A DNA stretch of 64,000 nt. It comes from Candidatus Latescibacterota bacterium (GTDB lineage Bacteria; Latescibacterota; UBA2968; UBA8231). Location: positions 416,001 to 480,000 of the forward strand of contig CBDFJF010000001.1 in assembly GCA_965248265.1 (NCBI GenBank). Reading direction: 5' to 3'. Positions 1 to 11,237 of this stretch are shown here, in pieces (the first letter of the stretch is position 1; each line of letters begins with the position of its first letter). The notes beneath the pieces were generated by a model. The model saw only the letters and a list, made by a program, of their open reading frames with translations. It had not been told where the DNA came from and did not search any database. Made by a program: the position numbers and the translations under genes.

Positions 1-1
1 C

Positions 2-145
2 GACCGACTGGAGGAGGTGGTCACCAACGTCAAGGCGCTGCTGGCCGATGAGGAAGAAAAGATGGCTCGCATTCGCAAGGCCACCAGCGCAGTACAGATC
101 AGGGAAGCCATGAGCGGCCACAGCTATTCAGACGAAAAGAAGTAG
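2..145 (+). CDS. 3' end of a CDS entering from the left (..[30 protein letters not shown]), unknown function, possibly an RraA-like C-terminal helix
   Basis: Open frame from base 2 to TAG at 143-145, 7 nt before the next ATG. Confidence 0.5.
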   Translation, partial: DRLEEVVTNVKALLADEEEKMARIRKATSAVQIREAMSGHSYSDEKK

Positions 146-152
146 CACGATC

Positions 153-1061
153 ATGCCGGAGTTGCCCGATGTAGAGCTCTACCTGCACGCTCTGCGCAAC
201 TTCATTGGCGGCCACAGTATCGACAGCATTGCGCTCAGAAGTCCGTTCCTAGTGCGCTCGGTGGACCCGCCTCTCGAGAGCGCCGTCGGCAGGCAGGTAG
301 TCGGCCTGCGCCGGATGGGGAAGCGCATCGTCTGGGAACTGGAAGACGACCTGTACCTGGTGTTTCACCTGATGATCGCAGGCCGCTACCATTGGAAGAA
401 GCCGGGTGTCAAGCCGACTCGCAAGGTCGACCTGGCTGCCTTCCACTTTTCTCCGGGCACCTTGATGATGACGGAGGCCAGCTCGAAGAAGCGGGCATCG
501 TTGCACGTCGTCAGCGGTGAGAAAGGGGTGAAGGAGCATGATCCGGGTGGCCTGGAAGTGCTCGAATGCGACGAGGATGAGTTCAAGGCGGCTCTGACCA
601 GGGAGAACCACACTCTCAAACGCACTCTGACGGATCCGCGAGTTTTCAGCGGCATCGGCAACGCGTATTCGGATGAGATCCTGCACGCGGCTCGCCTGTC
701 CCCGGTCAAGTGGACGAGCCGCTTGTCTGGCGCGGAGATCAGCCGCCTCTACGTGGCCACCCGCGACACCATGATCCGGTGGACGGAGATGCTCAAGGCG
801 GAATGCGGTGACGAGCGCTTTCCCGAGAAGGTCACAGCCTTCAAGGAAGGCATGGCTGCTCACGGACGCTACGGCCAGCCATGTCCGGTATGCGACACAC
901 CCATCCAGGAAATCGTCTACGCTTCCAATGAGACGAACTACTGTCCCCGTTGCCAAACGGGCGGCAAGGTTTTGGCAGACCGTCTGTTGTCGCGGCTGCT
1001 GAAGGATGACTGGCCGAAGACGATCGAAGAAGCGGAAGAGCTGCGGGGGAGGATGGAATAG
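153..1061 (+). CDS. Fpg/Nei family DNA glycosylase/AP lyase
   Basis: N-terminal PELPDV, H2TH motif [12 protein letters not shown]-terminal zinc finger CPVC...CPRCQ. Confidence 0.93.
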   Translation: MPELPDVELYLHALRNFIGGHSIDSIALRSPFLVRSVDPPLESAVGRQVVGLRRMGKRIVWELEDDLYLVFHLMIAGRYHWKKPGVKPTRKVDLAAFHFSPGTLMMTEASSKKRASLHVVSGEKGVKEHDPGGLEVLECDEDEFKAALTRENHTLKRTLTDPRVFSGIGNAYSDEILHAARLSPVKWTSRLSGAEISRLYVATRDTMIRWTEMLKAECGDERFPEKVTAFKEGMAAHGRYGQPCPVCDTPIQEIVYASNETNYCPRCQTGGKVLADRLLSRLLKDDWPKTIEEAEELRGRME

Positions 1062-1172
1062 CTCCATTGCCGCAGTCAGTCAACTGCTCTATCTTCACCC
1101 GTTTCGCCAGCAACTGACAAATCTTCAACGAGTTAGGGCTATCCGATCAGGCCACCCTGCCAATTGCGAACT

Positions 1173-2291
1173 ATGATCGAGTACGACGGATACAAGATTG
1201 CGGAGCCGGATGCGCTCGAGACCCCGGCGATGGTCGTCTTCGCTGACAAGCTGGATGACAACATCGCCGCGATGTGTGAAGCCGCAGGTGGCGGTGGCAA
1301 TCTGATGGTGCACGTAAAAACCCACAAAACCGAGGCGATCGTCCGTCGACAGATAGAGGCCGGGATTGCAGGGTTCAAGTGCGCGACACTGAAGGAGTTG
1401 GAAGTGACGATGGAGGCGGGCGCTTCCGAGGCGATCCTGGCCTATCCTCAGGTGCAGCGCCGCAAGGTCGAGCGCCTGGCCAGTCTGACGGACACGTTTC
1501 CGGATTGTCAGGTTCACACCATAGTCAGCGCCGACGAACACGTGGCCGTGTTGCGCGACGTCGCGGGGGAGCAAGAGCAATCCCGATCCTTCAACGTCAT
1601 GATCGATGTCGATGCCGGAATGCATCGTACTGGAGTGTCCTTTAAGGACGCGGAGACACTGTATCGAGTAATCCATGAGGACGATGACCTGGTCGCGACG
1701 GGTATTCACCTATACGACGGCCATGAGCATTTCTCGGACCCAGCGGAGCGCGAAGCAGCCGCCAACAGGCAGATCGCCAGGCTGGAAAAACTGAAGGCGC
1801 AGCTCGAACAGGCCGGCATGTCTGTTCCGCGGATCGCCGCCGGGTGCACCTTTACCTACCCCTACTACGCACGCACCGAGGGCATGCACGGTTCGCCGGG
1901 CACCTGCACCTACTGGGACCTTGGCTACGGCAACACCCTACCGAATCAGCCCTATCAGTTCGCTGCCATGGTGCTGACGCAGGTCGTCGATCGTGATCTC
2001 GGCCATCACACCATAACGACTGATCTGGGCAACAAGGCGATTCCAGCTGATCCCCCCATGCACCGCAGAGCCACGCTGATGGGCCATGAGGATGCCAATC
2101 TCCTCATGCAAAACGAGGAGCACGGGGTCTTCGCCCTGCGCGGCGGCGAGTTGCCCTGTGTGGGCACCTACCTGCTGGCCATTCCCTGGCACGTGTGTCC
2201 GACGGCGACGAAGTACCCTGGCAGCTATCTGCTGGATGACCAGGGCGCGCTGGTAGACTTTCATCCGCACACCGCCCGGGACCGGTATTGA
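1173..2291 (+). CDS. D-threonine aldolase/DSD1-family PLP-dependent enzyme (alanine racemase-like barrel)
   Basis: TPA, HVKTHK (PLP lysine), DVDAGMHRTG, YDGH, EEHG, HVCPT motifs; ATG at 1173 preferred over TTG 1164. Confidence 0.88.
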   Translation: MIEYDGYKIAEPDALETPAMVVFADKLDDNIAAMCEAAGGGGNLMVHVKTHKTEAIVRRQIEAGIAGFKCATLKELEVTMEAGASEAILAYPQVQRRKVERLASLTDTFPDCQVHTIVSADEHVAVLRDVAGEQEQSRSFNVMIDVDAGMHRTGVSFKDAETLYRVIHEDDDLVATGIHLYDGHEHFSDPAEREAAANRQIARLEKLKAQLEQAGMSVPRIAAGCTFTYPYYARTEGMHGSPGTCTYWDLGYGNTLPNQPYQFAAMVLTQVVDRDLGHHTITTDLGNKAIPADPPMHRRATLMGHEDANLLMQNEEHGVFALRGGELPCVGTYLLAIPWHVCPTATKYPGSYLLDDQGALVDFHPHTARDRY

Positions 2292-2345
2292 TGTCTCGCC
2301 GGCGTCCCCACGGCGCGTCCTAGCGCCGCCGATTCCACGCTGAGG

Positions 2346-3032
2346 ATGGGCGGCACCCTCGCACAGTCTCCGTTTTCGGTCAGCTGGCTCGTCCACCGCA
2401 TCACGCGCCAGTACATCGCCGCGGCGGCGAGTAGCCATGCGAAGGGCTTGCTCCTCGACATCGGCTGTGGCCTGCGACCCTATGAACAGTTGCTACTGGG
2501 TTACGCGAGTTCGTATCTGGGTCTCGAAAGCGATCGGGGGCGTTACCGGACGACCCCTCCTGATCTATGGGGTAGCGGATTGAATCTGCCTCTGCGTAGC
2601 GAGAGCGCTGACACCGTCGTCGCCTTTCAGGTGCTCGAGCACGTTCCCGATCCGGCCCAGTTGTTCGCGGAGAGCTGTCGAGTGCTCAAGCCGGGAGGGT
2701 GTCTGATTGTCGCGGCGCCGCACATCTGGGGGGTACACGAGGAACCCGAGGACTACTTCCGGTTCACCGGGTACGGCCTCGCGCACCTGTCCCGTCAGGC
2801 CGGTCTGCGGGTTGACAGTGTGAGGGCGATGGCCGGCTACTGGGTAACGGCCGGCACACGGCTGTGCTACTACCTCCAACACTTCGAGAAAATCGGCCTG
2901 GCCTTCCTCCTACGTCCTCTTTACGCCGTCATCCAGGTTGGCGCCATGGCATTGGATCGACTGCATCGGGTTGAAGGGGACACGTGGAACTTCCTCCTGG
3001 TCGCGAGTAAGACAGATGACGGCGCTGACTGA
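2346..3032 (+). CDS. Class I SAM-dependent methyltransferase
   Basis: LLDIGCG, QVLEHV, LKPGG; HEEPEDYFRFT typical of polysaccharide-locus MTases. Confidence 0.85.
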   Translation: MGGTLAQSPFSVSWLVHRITRQYIAAAASSHAKGLLLDIGCGLRPYEQLLLGYASSYLGLESDRGRYRTTPPDLWGSGLNLPLRSESADTVVAFQVLEHVPDPAQLFAESCRVLKPGGCLIVAAPHIWGVHEEPEDYFRFTGYGLAHLSRQAGLRVDSVRAMAGYWVTAGTRLCYYLQHFEKIGLAFLLRPLYAVIQVGAMALDRLHRVEGDTWNFLLVASKTDDGAD

Positions 3033-4451
3033 GTCCGTTTTCCTTCATCCGGGCAATCGCCGTCTGCTCGCCGGCGTGTGTGTCGTGCTCGTCGGCCTGA
3101 TGGCCGTGCCGATGCTGTGGTCGGTGGGGTACGCGCTGCTGATCGCCCCGACCATGCTGGTGACCGGACTCATCCTGTTTTCCGTGCCACGGACCCTCCT
3201 GGCGGGGGCGGCCGTGACCATTCTGGTTCCGGCTCCATACTACATCCAGATCCAGTTTCCGCTTGATTTCCGTCTGGCCGAGGCCTGCCTGATCGCTGCC
3301 TCGCTGTTCGCCGTAGTCGAGATCACGCACCGAAACGGCTGGAAGTTGAAACCAAGCGCCGTCGACGGAGCCGTAGCCGTGTTTCTGCTGACGGCTGTGG
3401 TGTCCGCTGGGGTGGGCTACTACTACGGCAATGAGACCTCGCTGATTCTGCGCAACCTGCGATTTCCCCTGTACTATTTCGTCTTCTACCTGATCACCCA
3501 ATCCATGGATTCGCCCGCGGCGGCAGCGCGTTCCTTCAGCACTCTGGCGGTTCTCACTGGAGTCGTCATCAGCATTACCTTCATCCTCGAGTTTGTCGAG
3601 CTCATCGACCTTTCCGGGCTTGAGGAGGAAAGCTTTCGCGTGACTCGCCGCCAGGGCATCCTGTTGCCGATCGCTCTGTTGTTGGCGACCAACCAGTTCC
3701 TGCACGATCCCCGGCGCTACGGCCGGCTGCTGCCGGCGGGCGTTTTTCTGGTGACGGGTCTGGGCCTGTCGCTGACGTTGGCGCGCGGCATGATGATCGC
3801 GACCATCTTCGGTTTCGCCGTGGCGGTATGGCTGCGTTACCGGGAACAGTACCGGGCCTGGCGTTCGCTGCTGATGACCCTGTTGGCGCTGTCGCTGCTG
3901 ATGGGAACTGCGTTGATGTTTCAGCGCGTAACCGGCACAGCACTCACGGCCCATGCGGTCGAACGGTCCCGAACCTTCGTCGACTACCAGAGCGACGTCC
4001 TGTTCGTGAGTCGACTGCTCGGCTATAGCGAGGCGCTCGAGGCGATCCAGGAGCGCCCCATTCTTGGAAGCGGACAGGGCAGCACCGTCACCTCCTACAC
4101 CTTCGACATCGACTCGAAGCAGTTCGAACGCTGGATCTCTTGGACGTTGGACAGTTTGTACCTGACGTTGTGGATGAAGATGGGGTTGCCCGGTCTCATT
4201 GCCTTCGTCTATCTGTGCACGAAAATCGTGTCCCTGTCGTCATACACATTGAAACATTCCGAAGACCCACGGCTGAAGGCGTTCGCAGCCAGCACCGTCT
4301 CCATCTTGGCGGCCTTTCTCGTGCTCGGGTTGAGCGACGGCACCATGGTAAACGGGCGCTTCACATTGCTGTTCGGCATGCTGTTCGGTTGCGTTGCCGT
4401 GGTCGCGCGCGTAATCGAACGGCGTCAGTCTTCCGCGTCGAGTGTGAGCAC

Positions 4452-4455
<4 letters not shown>
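3016..4455 (+). CDS. O-antigen ligase/Wzy-like polytopic membrane protein
   Basis: Many hydrophobic segments, ARG motif, RPILGSGQG, DSLYL..WMKMGLPG; ATG 3016 overlaps upstream gene. Confidence 0.75.
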
Positions 4456-5639
<1,184 letters not shown>

Positions 5640-5691
5640 ACGATCGTTTATGAAGGTCCCACTGACTGACATGCAGAAGGGGAGTACCTAG

Positions 5692-8610
5692 ATGACGACG
5701 AACGGTGCGTTTGAGCTGGTTCAGAGCAGGGAAATACCTGAGCTGAACACGCAGGGCTTTCTGTACCGGCATCGGCCCACTGGCGCCGAGTTGCTGTCGC
5801 TCGTCAATGACGATGAGAACAAGGTGTTCGGCGTCACGCTGCGCACACCACCCACCGATTCTACCGGAATAGCGCACATTCTGGAGCATGCTGTGCTCTG
5901 TGGGTCTGAGAAGTACCCGGTGAAGGAGCCCTTCGTCGAGTTACTCAAGGGATCGCTGAAGACCTTCCTCAATGCCTTCACCTACCCCGACCGGACCTGC
6001 TACCCGGTGGCCAGCACCAACCTGCAGGACTTCTACAACCTTGTTGACGTTTATCTCGACGCTGTCTTCAGCCCGCGCCTGACCCCACAAGTCCTAAAGC
6101 AGGAGGGCTGGCACTACGAGTTGGAGCGGACGGAAGATCCACTGACCTACAAGGGTGTTGTCTTCAATGAGATGAAAGGCGCCTACTCCGCTCCTGAGCG
6201 GGTGCTGGCTGAATACGCTCAGCACTCCCTGTTTCCAGACAACACCTATGGTGTGGAATCCGGCGGGCACCCGAGAAGCATCCCCGATCTGACCTTCGAA
6301 CAGTTCGAACGCTTTCACACGACGTTGTACCACCCCTCGAATGCGCGGATTTTCTTTTATGGCGACGACGATCCCGACAAGCGTTTTGGGCTCGTGGAGG
6401 AATACCTGGAGCGCTACCAGCGCCTGGAAGTTGACTCGGCCATCGCCACGCAACAGCCGCTGGACGGCCCACGGTCAACGGAGGCGACGTACGCGGCCAG
6501 CGACGAAGACGAGGGTGGAAGCAAGGGCATGGTGGCAGTGAACTGGCTCCTTCACGGTGATATCGACACGGAGACCGGCCTGGCGCTGCAAATCCTCGAC
6601 TACATCCTGATCGGAACGCCGGCATCACCGCTGCGCAAGGCATTGATCGAGTCGGGGCTGGGCGAGGATCTGGCCGGCGTGGGCATGGAAACGGAACTCA
6701 AGCAATTTTTCTTTTCCACCGGTTTGCGCGGCGTCGAAGCCGATGACGAGGCGGCCGTCGAGGCGCTGGTGATCAGGACCCTGCAGGAGCTGGCCGACGG
6801 CGGTATCGATCCGCAGACGGTGGAGGCTGCCATCAATACGTCGGAGTTTCGGCTGCGTGAGAACAACACGGGGTCATACCCCAGGGGGCTGGTGTTGATG
6901 CTGCGTTCCCTGGCGAGTTGGCTCTACGACAAAGATCCGTTCGAGCCACTCGCCTTCGAGGCTCCGCTGCAGTCCGTGAAGAGCCTCGCGTTAACCGACG
7001 GCTATTTCTCACAGCTGATTCGAACCCACCTGGTAGACAACCCCCACCGCACCACGGTGCTGTTGCGTCCGGACACCAAGCAGGCGGCTCGTGAGGAACA
7101 GGAGGAGCGCGAGCGGCTGGACAACGCTCGCGCACGGATGTCCGCCGCGGATATCGACGACGTCATTGCCCAGACCGCCGAACTCAAGAGGCTGCAAGAG
7201 GCTCCAGATTCTCCGGAGGACCTGGCGAAACTGCCCCGGTTGAGGTTGGAGGATCTGGACACCAAGATCCGCACCGTGCCCATCGACGTTATCGAGCAGG
7301 AGGGCGCCACAGTACTCTATCACGATTTGTTTACGAACGGGATCGCCTACGTCGATGTGAGCTTCGATCTGCGTACCGTGCCCCAGGAGTTGCTGCCTTA
7401 CTTGTCACTGTTCGGGCGGGCTTTGACTGAGATCGGTACCTCGAAGGAAAACTTCGTGCAGCTCTCGCAGCGCATCGGCTCGCGCACGGGCGGCATCTGG
7501 GCGAGCCTGTTTCTGTCCTCGCGACGAGATGACAGCCGTGCCGTGACCCGGCTGTTCCTGCGAGGGAAGGCGATGCGGTCGCAGGTCGACGATCTTCTCG
7601 CCATCATGGGTGACGTACTCCTGGACGTCAACTTCGACAACAGGGAGCGCTTTCTGCAGATGGTGCTGGAAGAGAAGGCCGGTGAGGAGGCCGGCCTGGT
7701 TCCCGGTGGTCACGGGGTGGTCAGCATGCGGTTGCGTTCGCAATTCGATGAAGCCGGGTGGCTGACCGAGCAGATTGAGGGCGTCAGCCACCTGTTTTTT
7801 CTACGGTGTTTAGTCGACGAGATCGAAAACGACTGGGGGGCGGTACGGGCGAAGCTGGAGCAAGTACGGGCGCTGCTGATAAACGGAAGCACCGCCTTGT
7901 GCAACGTGACGATGGCGGCCGCTGACCGCGCGTCATTCGAGGGCAAACTGTCGACCTTGCTGGCCAAACTGCCAAATGCCCCCATCGAGCCGGCCGACTG
8001 GCAGCCGCAGCTGCGCGAGGTGGAAGAAGGCCTGGTGATCCCGGCGCAGGTCAACTATGTGGCCAAGGCGGCGAACCTCTACGACCTGGGTTACCAGCTG
8101 CACGGGTCCGTCGGTGTCATCACCAGGTTCCTGCGCAACACCTGGCTGTGGGATCGAGTGCGCGTCCAGGGAGGGGCGTACGGGGCTTTCTGCGCCTTCG
8201 ACCACTTCTCCGGGGTCATGGCTTTCGCCTCCTACCGTGATCCAAACGTCGTCGCTACCGTCGACAACTACGATGCCTGCGCGACGTTCTTGAAAGATCT
8301 GGACCTGTCCAATGAGGAGCTGACGAAAGCGATCATCGGCACGATCGGCGAGCTGGATTCCTACCAGCTGCCCGATGCCAAGGGCTACACGTCAATGGTT
8401 CGCTACCTGACCGGAGTGACGGACGAGTTTCGGCAACAAATGCGTGATGCGGTGCTGGGAACGTCAGTAGGGGATTTCAAAGCGTTCGCGGAGGTACTCG
8501 ACAGGGCGAGCGCCGCTGGGCGGGTCGTCGCGATGGGCTCGCGCGATGCCCTGGAGGCGGCCAACGAGGGCCGCGGCGGAAACTGGCTCGATATGGTGAG
8601 GGTGCTGTAG
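5692..8610 (+). CDS. M16C metallopeptidase (presequence protease PreP/insulinase family)
   Basis: Inverted zinc motif HILEH, FLNAFTYPDRTCYP, GVVFNEMKG, RVQGGAYG, SYRDP. Confidence 0.93.
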   Translation: MTTNGAFELVQSREIPELNTQGFLYRHRPTGAELLSLVNDDENKVFGVTLRTPPTDSTGIAHILEHAVLCGSEKYPVKEPFVELLKGSLKTFLNAFTYPDRTCYPVASTNLQDFYNLVDVYLDAVFSPRLTPQVLKQEGWHYELERTEDPLTYKGVVFNEMKGAYSAPERVLAEYAQHSLFPDNTYGVESGGHPRSIPDLTFEQFERFHTTLYHPSNARIFFYGDDDPDKRFGLVEEYLERYQRLEVDSAIATQQPLDGPRSTEATYAASDEDEGGSKGMVAVNWLLHGDIDTETGLALQILDYILIGTPASPLRKALIESGLGEDLAGVGMETELKQFFFSTGLRGVEADDEAAVEALVIRTLQELADGGIDPQTVEAAINTSEFRLRENNTGSYPRGLVLMLRSLASWLYDKDPFEPLAFEAPLQSVKSLALTDGYFSQLIRTHLVDNPHRTTVLLRPDTKQAAREEQEERERLDNARARMSAADIDDVIAQTAELKRLQEAPDSPEDLAKLPRLRLEDLDTKIRTVPIDVIEQEGATVLYHDLFTNGIAYVDVSFDLRTVPQELLPYLSLFGRALTEIGTSKENFVQLSQRIGSRTGGIWASLFLSSRRDDSRAVTRLFLRGKAMRSQVDDLLAIMGDVLLDVNFDNRERFLQMVLEEKAGEEAGLVPGGHGVVSMRLRSQFDEAGWLTEQIEGVSHLFFLRCLVDEIENDWGAVRAKLEQVRALLINGSTALCNVTMAAADRASFEGKLSTLLAKLPNAPIEPADWQPQLREVEEGLVIPAQVNYVAKAANLYDLGYQLHGSVGVITRFLRNTWLWDRVRVQGGAYGAFCAFDHFSGVMAFASYRDPNVVATVDNYDACATFLKDLDLSNEELTKAIIGTIGELDSYQLPDAKGYTSMVRYLTGVTDEFRQQMRDAVLGTSVGDFKAFAEVLDRASAAGRVVAMGSRDALEAANEGRGGNWLDMVRVL

Positions 8611-8647
8611 GGGAACGAGAAGGAAAGTGCTGCTTCCTTGCCGGAAC

Positions 8648-8788
8648 TTATATCCCCAGCTCCTCCTCATTCAGCATGTAGGGCTCCGCTGTGTTTTGCC
8701 ACAAGCCACTGAAAAAAGCGGTGACAGCGACAGCCAGAGGGGCCAGAACCAGACCGGACAGCACGAAGATGAGTGTCGTAGCTTTCAT
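8648..8788 (-). CDS. Small single-TM protein (46 aa), CcoS/FixS-like
   Basis: GGGAGG SD upstream of ATG 8788; MKATTLIFVLSGLVLAPLAVAVTAFFSGLWQNTAEPYMLNEEELGI. Confidence 0.55.
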   Translation of the reverse strand: MKATTLIFVLSGLVLAPLAVAVTAFFSGLWQNTAEPYMLNEEELGI

Positions 8789-9028
8789 AGGAATAACCTC
8801 CCATTTATCCCTAGTATCGGACGCGCAGGGATATTCGTTAGGACCAATTGCCACAGTAGGCCGAGCAATCGATGTACCAACTGCCGCGGACGCGCGTAAG
8901 GCGATGCTGGGTGCAAGTGCGGGGAGGTCTGCCAGAATGCGGATCGGGGTGATCTTAATGGCAGTATTAATAATTACTTATCAAGTTTAGCAAATCTTGC
9001 CAAATACGGCAACCGGAGGGGAATTCAA

Positions 9029-10036
9029 TCACTCCACCCACACCTCCTCGAACAGCCGCAGCCAGTTGCGACCCAGAAGCTTCTGGGTCTCCTCATCCGT
9101 ATAACCACGGTCCAGCAGCACCTCCGCCAGGTGGGGAAATTCCGACGGCGTTTCCATTCCCTTCGGTTGAAAGCAAAGCTCGGTGTAGGGCACGGAGGCG
9201 TCGGCAAAGGTTGACGGGAACTTGGTGCCCTGCTGGGCGGCGATATAATGCCAGAACTCCAAAGGCTGGTCCTGAGTGTTATCCGTTCCCACGCCGACGT
9301 GGTCGATGCCGATTCGTTCCACCATGTTGTCGATCGCGTCCACGAAGTCCTCTATAGTCGAATCGTGGCCCTTGGGCAGGAAGGGGGCGAAGGAGCAGGC
9401 GCCGATCACACCGCCTTTCTCTGCAAGTAACTTCAACGACTCCTCAGTGCGATTGCGCGGGTGGTCACAGAAGGAGCGGGCGTTGGCATGCGTGATCGAC
9501 ACTGGTTTGTCCGAAGTCTCGATGGCTTCCAACGTCGTCCGGTCGCCGACGTGGGAGAGGTCGATGAGGATTCCCAGCTGGTTCATCTCGCGCACGGCGT
9601 CGATGCCGAAGTTGCTCAAGCCCTCGTCGCGCCGCTCCCAACAACCATTACCCAGCAGGTTGCGTTCGTGGTAGGTCAGCTGGATCGTGCGCACGCCGAG
9701 GGTATGGAAGAGCCCGAGTCTGTCTAGGTCGTTCTCTATGGGTGACGCGTTCTGAAAACTGAGGATGATGCCCGTTTTGTCCTGGGACTTGGCGGCATGG
9801 ATGCTGTCGATGTCCGTCACCTGCATGATGTCGTCGCGCTCACGAAACCGGCGCATCCAGACCGTGATATGGTCGATCGTCTGCAGGAAATTCTCCCAGG
9901 TGGACACGGTGGCGTTGATGGCGGTGACGTTGCCTGTCCGCAAGCCCTCAAACACTTCGGGGCTCTCCCAGTTGCTGACGTTGAGTCCGTCGATGACGAT
10001 GGCCTGGTCGTACAGCTGTTGCGCTTGCGTCTGCAT
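9029..10036 (-). CDS. Membrane dipeptidase (M19) family protein
   Basis: IQLTYHERN, GILIDLSH, ITHAN, HPRN, GIDHVGVGTD, LGRNWLR; start MQTQ coupled to upstream stop. Confidence 0.9.
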   Translation of the reverse strand: MQTQAQQLYDQAIVIDGLNVSNWESPEVFEGLRTGNVTAINATVSTWENFLQTIDHITVWMRRFRERDDIMQVTDIDSIHAAKSQDKTGIILSFQNASPIENDLDRLGLFHTLGVRTIQLTYHERNLLGNGCWERRDEGLSNFGIDAVREMNQLGILIDLSHVGDRTTLEAIETSDKPVSITHANARSFCDHPRNRTEESLKLLAEKGGVIGACSFAPFLPKGHDSTIEDFVDAIDNMVERIGIDHVGVGTDNTQDQPLEFWHYIAAQQGTKFPSTFADASVPYTELCFQPKGMETPSEFPHLAEVLLDRGYTDEETQKLLGRNWLRLFEEVWVE

Positions 10037-11169
10037 CAGTGTTCTCCTCTGAAGCGGTCGCCGATTCTGAACAGTCTTCCGAGCGGGTTGTCCCGGTCTT
10101 CGACGGCATCGGCGATCACGGGTCCGATGGCGCCGCCGAATTTGAAACCGTGGCCGCAGCCGCAACCGGCGATCAGCACACGACTGGAATCCGGTGCCCA
10201 ATCGACGACGAAATGGTCGTCCGGGGTGTTGGTGTAGAGGCAGGAGCGGCCGCCGACGAGCTCCCCATCGGACAATGCCGGTATGCGCTCAGCAACGAAC
10301 TCCCGGGCCTCAGCCAAGAACCGCTCCGTCGGTTCGCGGTCGCTGTCGGGATCGGCATCCAGTACCTTGTTGTCCTCGGCGACCTTGACGTAACCCTCGT
10401 CGAGGAATGGGAAGCCGTACCAGGCATTGTCCGGCGCCAGAACACTCCATACCGGGAAGACCTCCCGACGGAATTCCTGCGGGTCTGGCGGAACAAAGAA
10501 GGCCATCTGTTGCCGGGTGATCCGCAGATGTCGCTGCAACCCCGGGAATAGCCGGATCAACCAGGGTCCGGCACTGACGATGGCGCGGTCGCAAGAAACG
10601 GTGTCGCCATCCGCACCGACGACGTCGACCCGATCTCTCTTTTCGTCCACCTCCTGAACAGTCATCTGTTCGCGAACCTCGATGCCGTCTGAGCGGGCGA
10701 TGGTGGCCAGCTGTGTCAGCGCTTCGCCACTGCGCAGGTAACCGCTCCAGGGGTCGAAGAAGATGGTATCTTCAGCCTTCACGACGAACTGAGGAAAGCG
10801 CCTTCGGGCCTCATCAGCAGAAAGGGTCTCGATCTCGGCGCCGAGCCGCTTTGTTGTTTCGAAGCCGCTATGGACCTTGCTGTGAGCGGGCAAGTCGTGG
10901 GAGATGCTGAGAAGACCCGGCTGGTGGTAGATAGAGGACCCTGAGCGCTCCTGCCACCGCGCCCACTGCTCAGCGGCTCGAGTCACGAGCTCGACGTACT
11001 CTTCCTCTGGATAGTGAACGCGCCGGATGGCCTTGGAGACATCCGTCGAAGAAGCATCGGGGGCGGGTATGGTTCTGCGCTCGCATAGAGTCACCTGGTG
11101 ACCCCTGGCACGCAACTCGATGGCCGCCGCCATGCCGAAAATTCCTCCTCCTATCACACCCGTGTGCAC
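10036..11169 (-). CDS. FAD-dependent oxidoreductase, sarcosine/N-methyltryptophan oxidase-like
   Basis: GGGIFG Rossmann motif, SSTDVSKAIR, CLYTNTPD, GHGFKF. Confidence 0.88.
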   Translation of the reverse strand: MHTGVIGGGIFGMAAAIELRARGHQVTLCERRTIPAPDASSTDVSKAIRRVHYPEEEYVELVTRAAEQWARWQERSGSSIYHQPGLLSISHDLPAHSKVHSGFETTKRLGAEIETLSADEARRRFPQFVVKAEDTIFFDPWSGYLRSGEALTQLATIARSDGIEVREQMTVQEVDEKRDRVDVVGADGDTVSCDRAIVSAGPWLIRLFPGLQRHLRITRQQMAFFVPPDPQEFRREVFPVWSVLAPDNAWYGFPFLDEGYVKVAEDNKVLDADPDSDREPTERFLAEAREFVAERIPALSDGELVGGRSCLYTNTPDDHFVVDWAPDSSRVLIAGCGCGHGFKFGGAIGPVIADAVEDRDNPLGRLFRIGDRFRGEH

Positions 11170-11237
11170 GACGCATATTCCCCGCGGCTAACAAAATCCC
11201 TTTTTGCCAGAATTATCCCTATTTTATCCCTACATTT

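Noticed and set aside
8966-8985. Fur- or FNR-like box (TTAATAATTACTTATCAA)
   Set aside because: Half-site spacing and sequence fit neither consensus well
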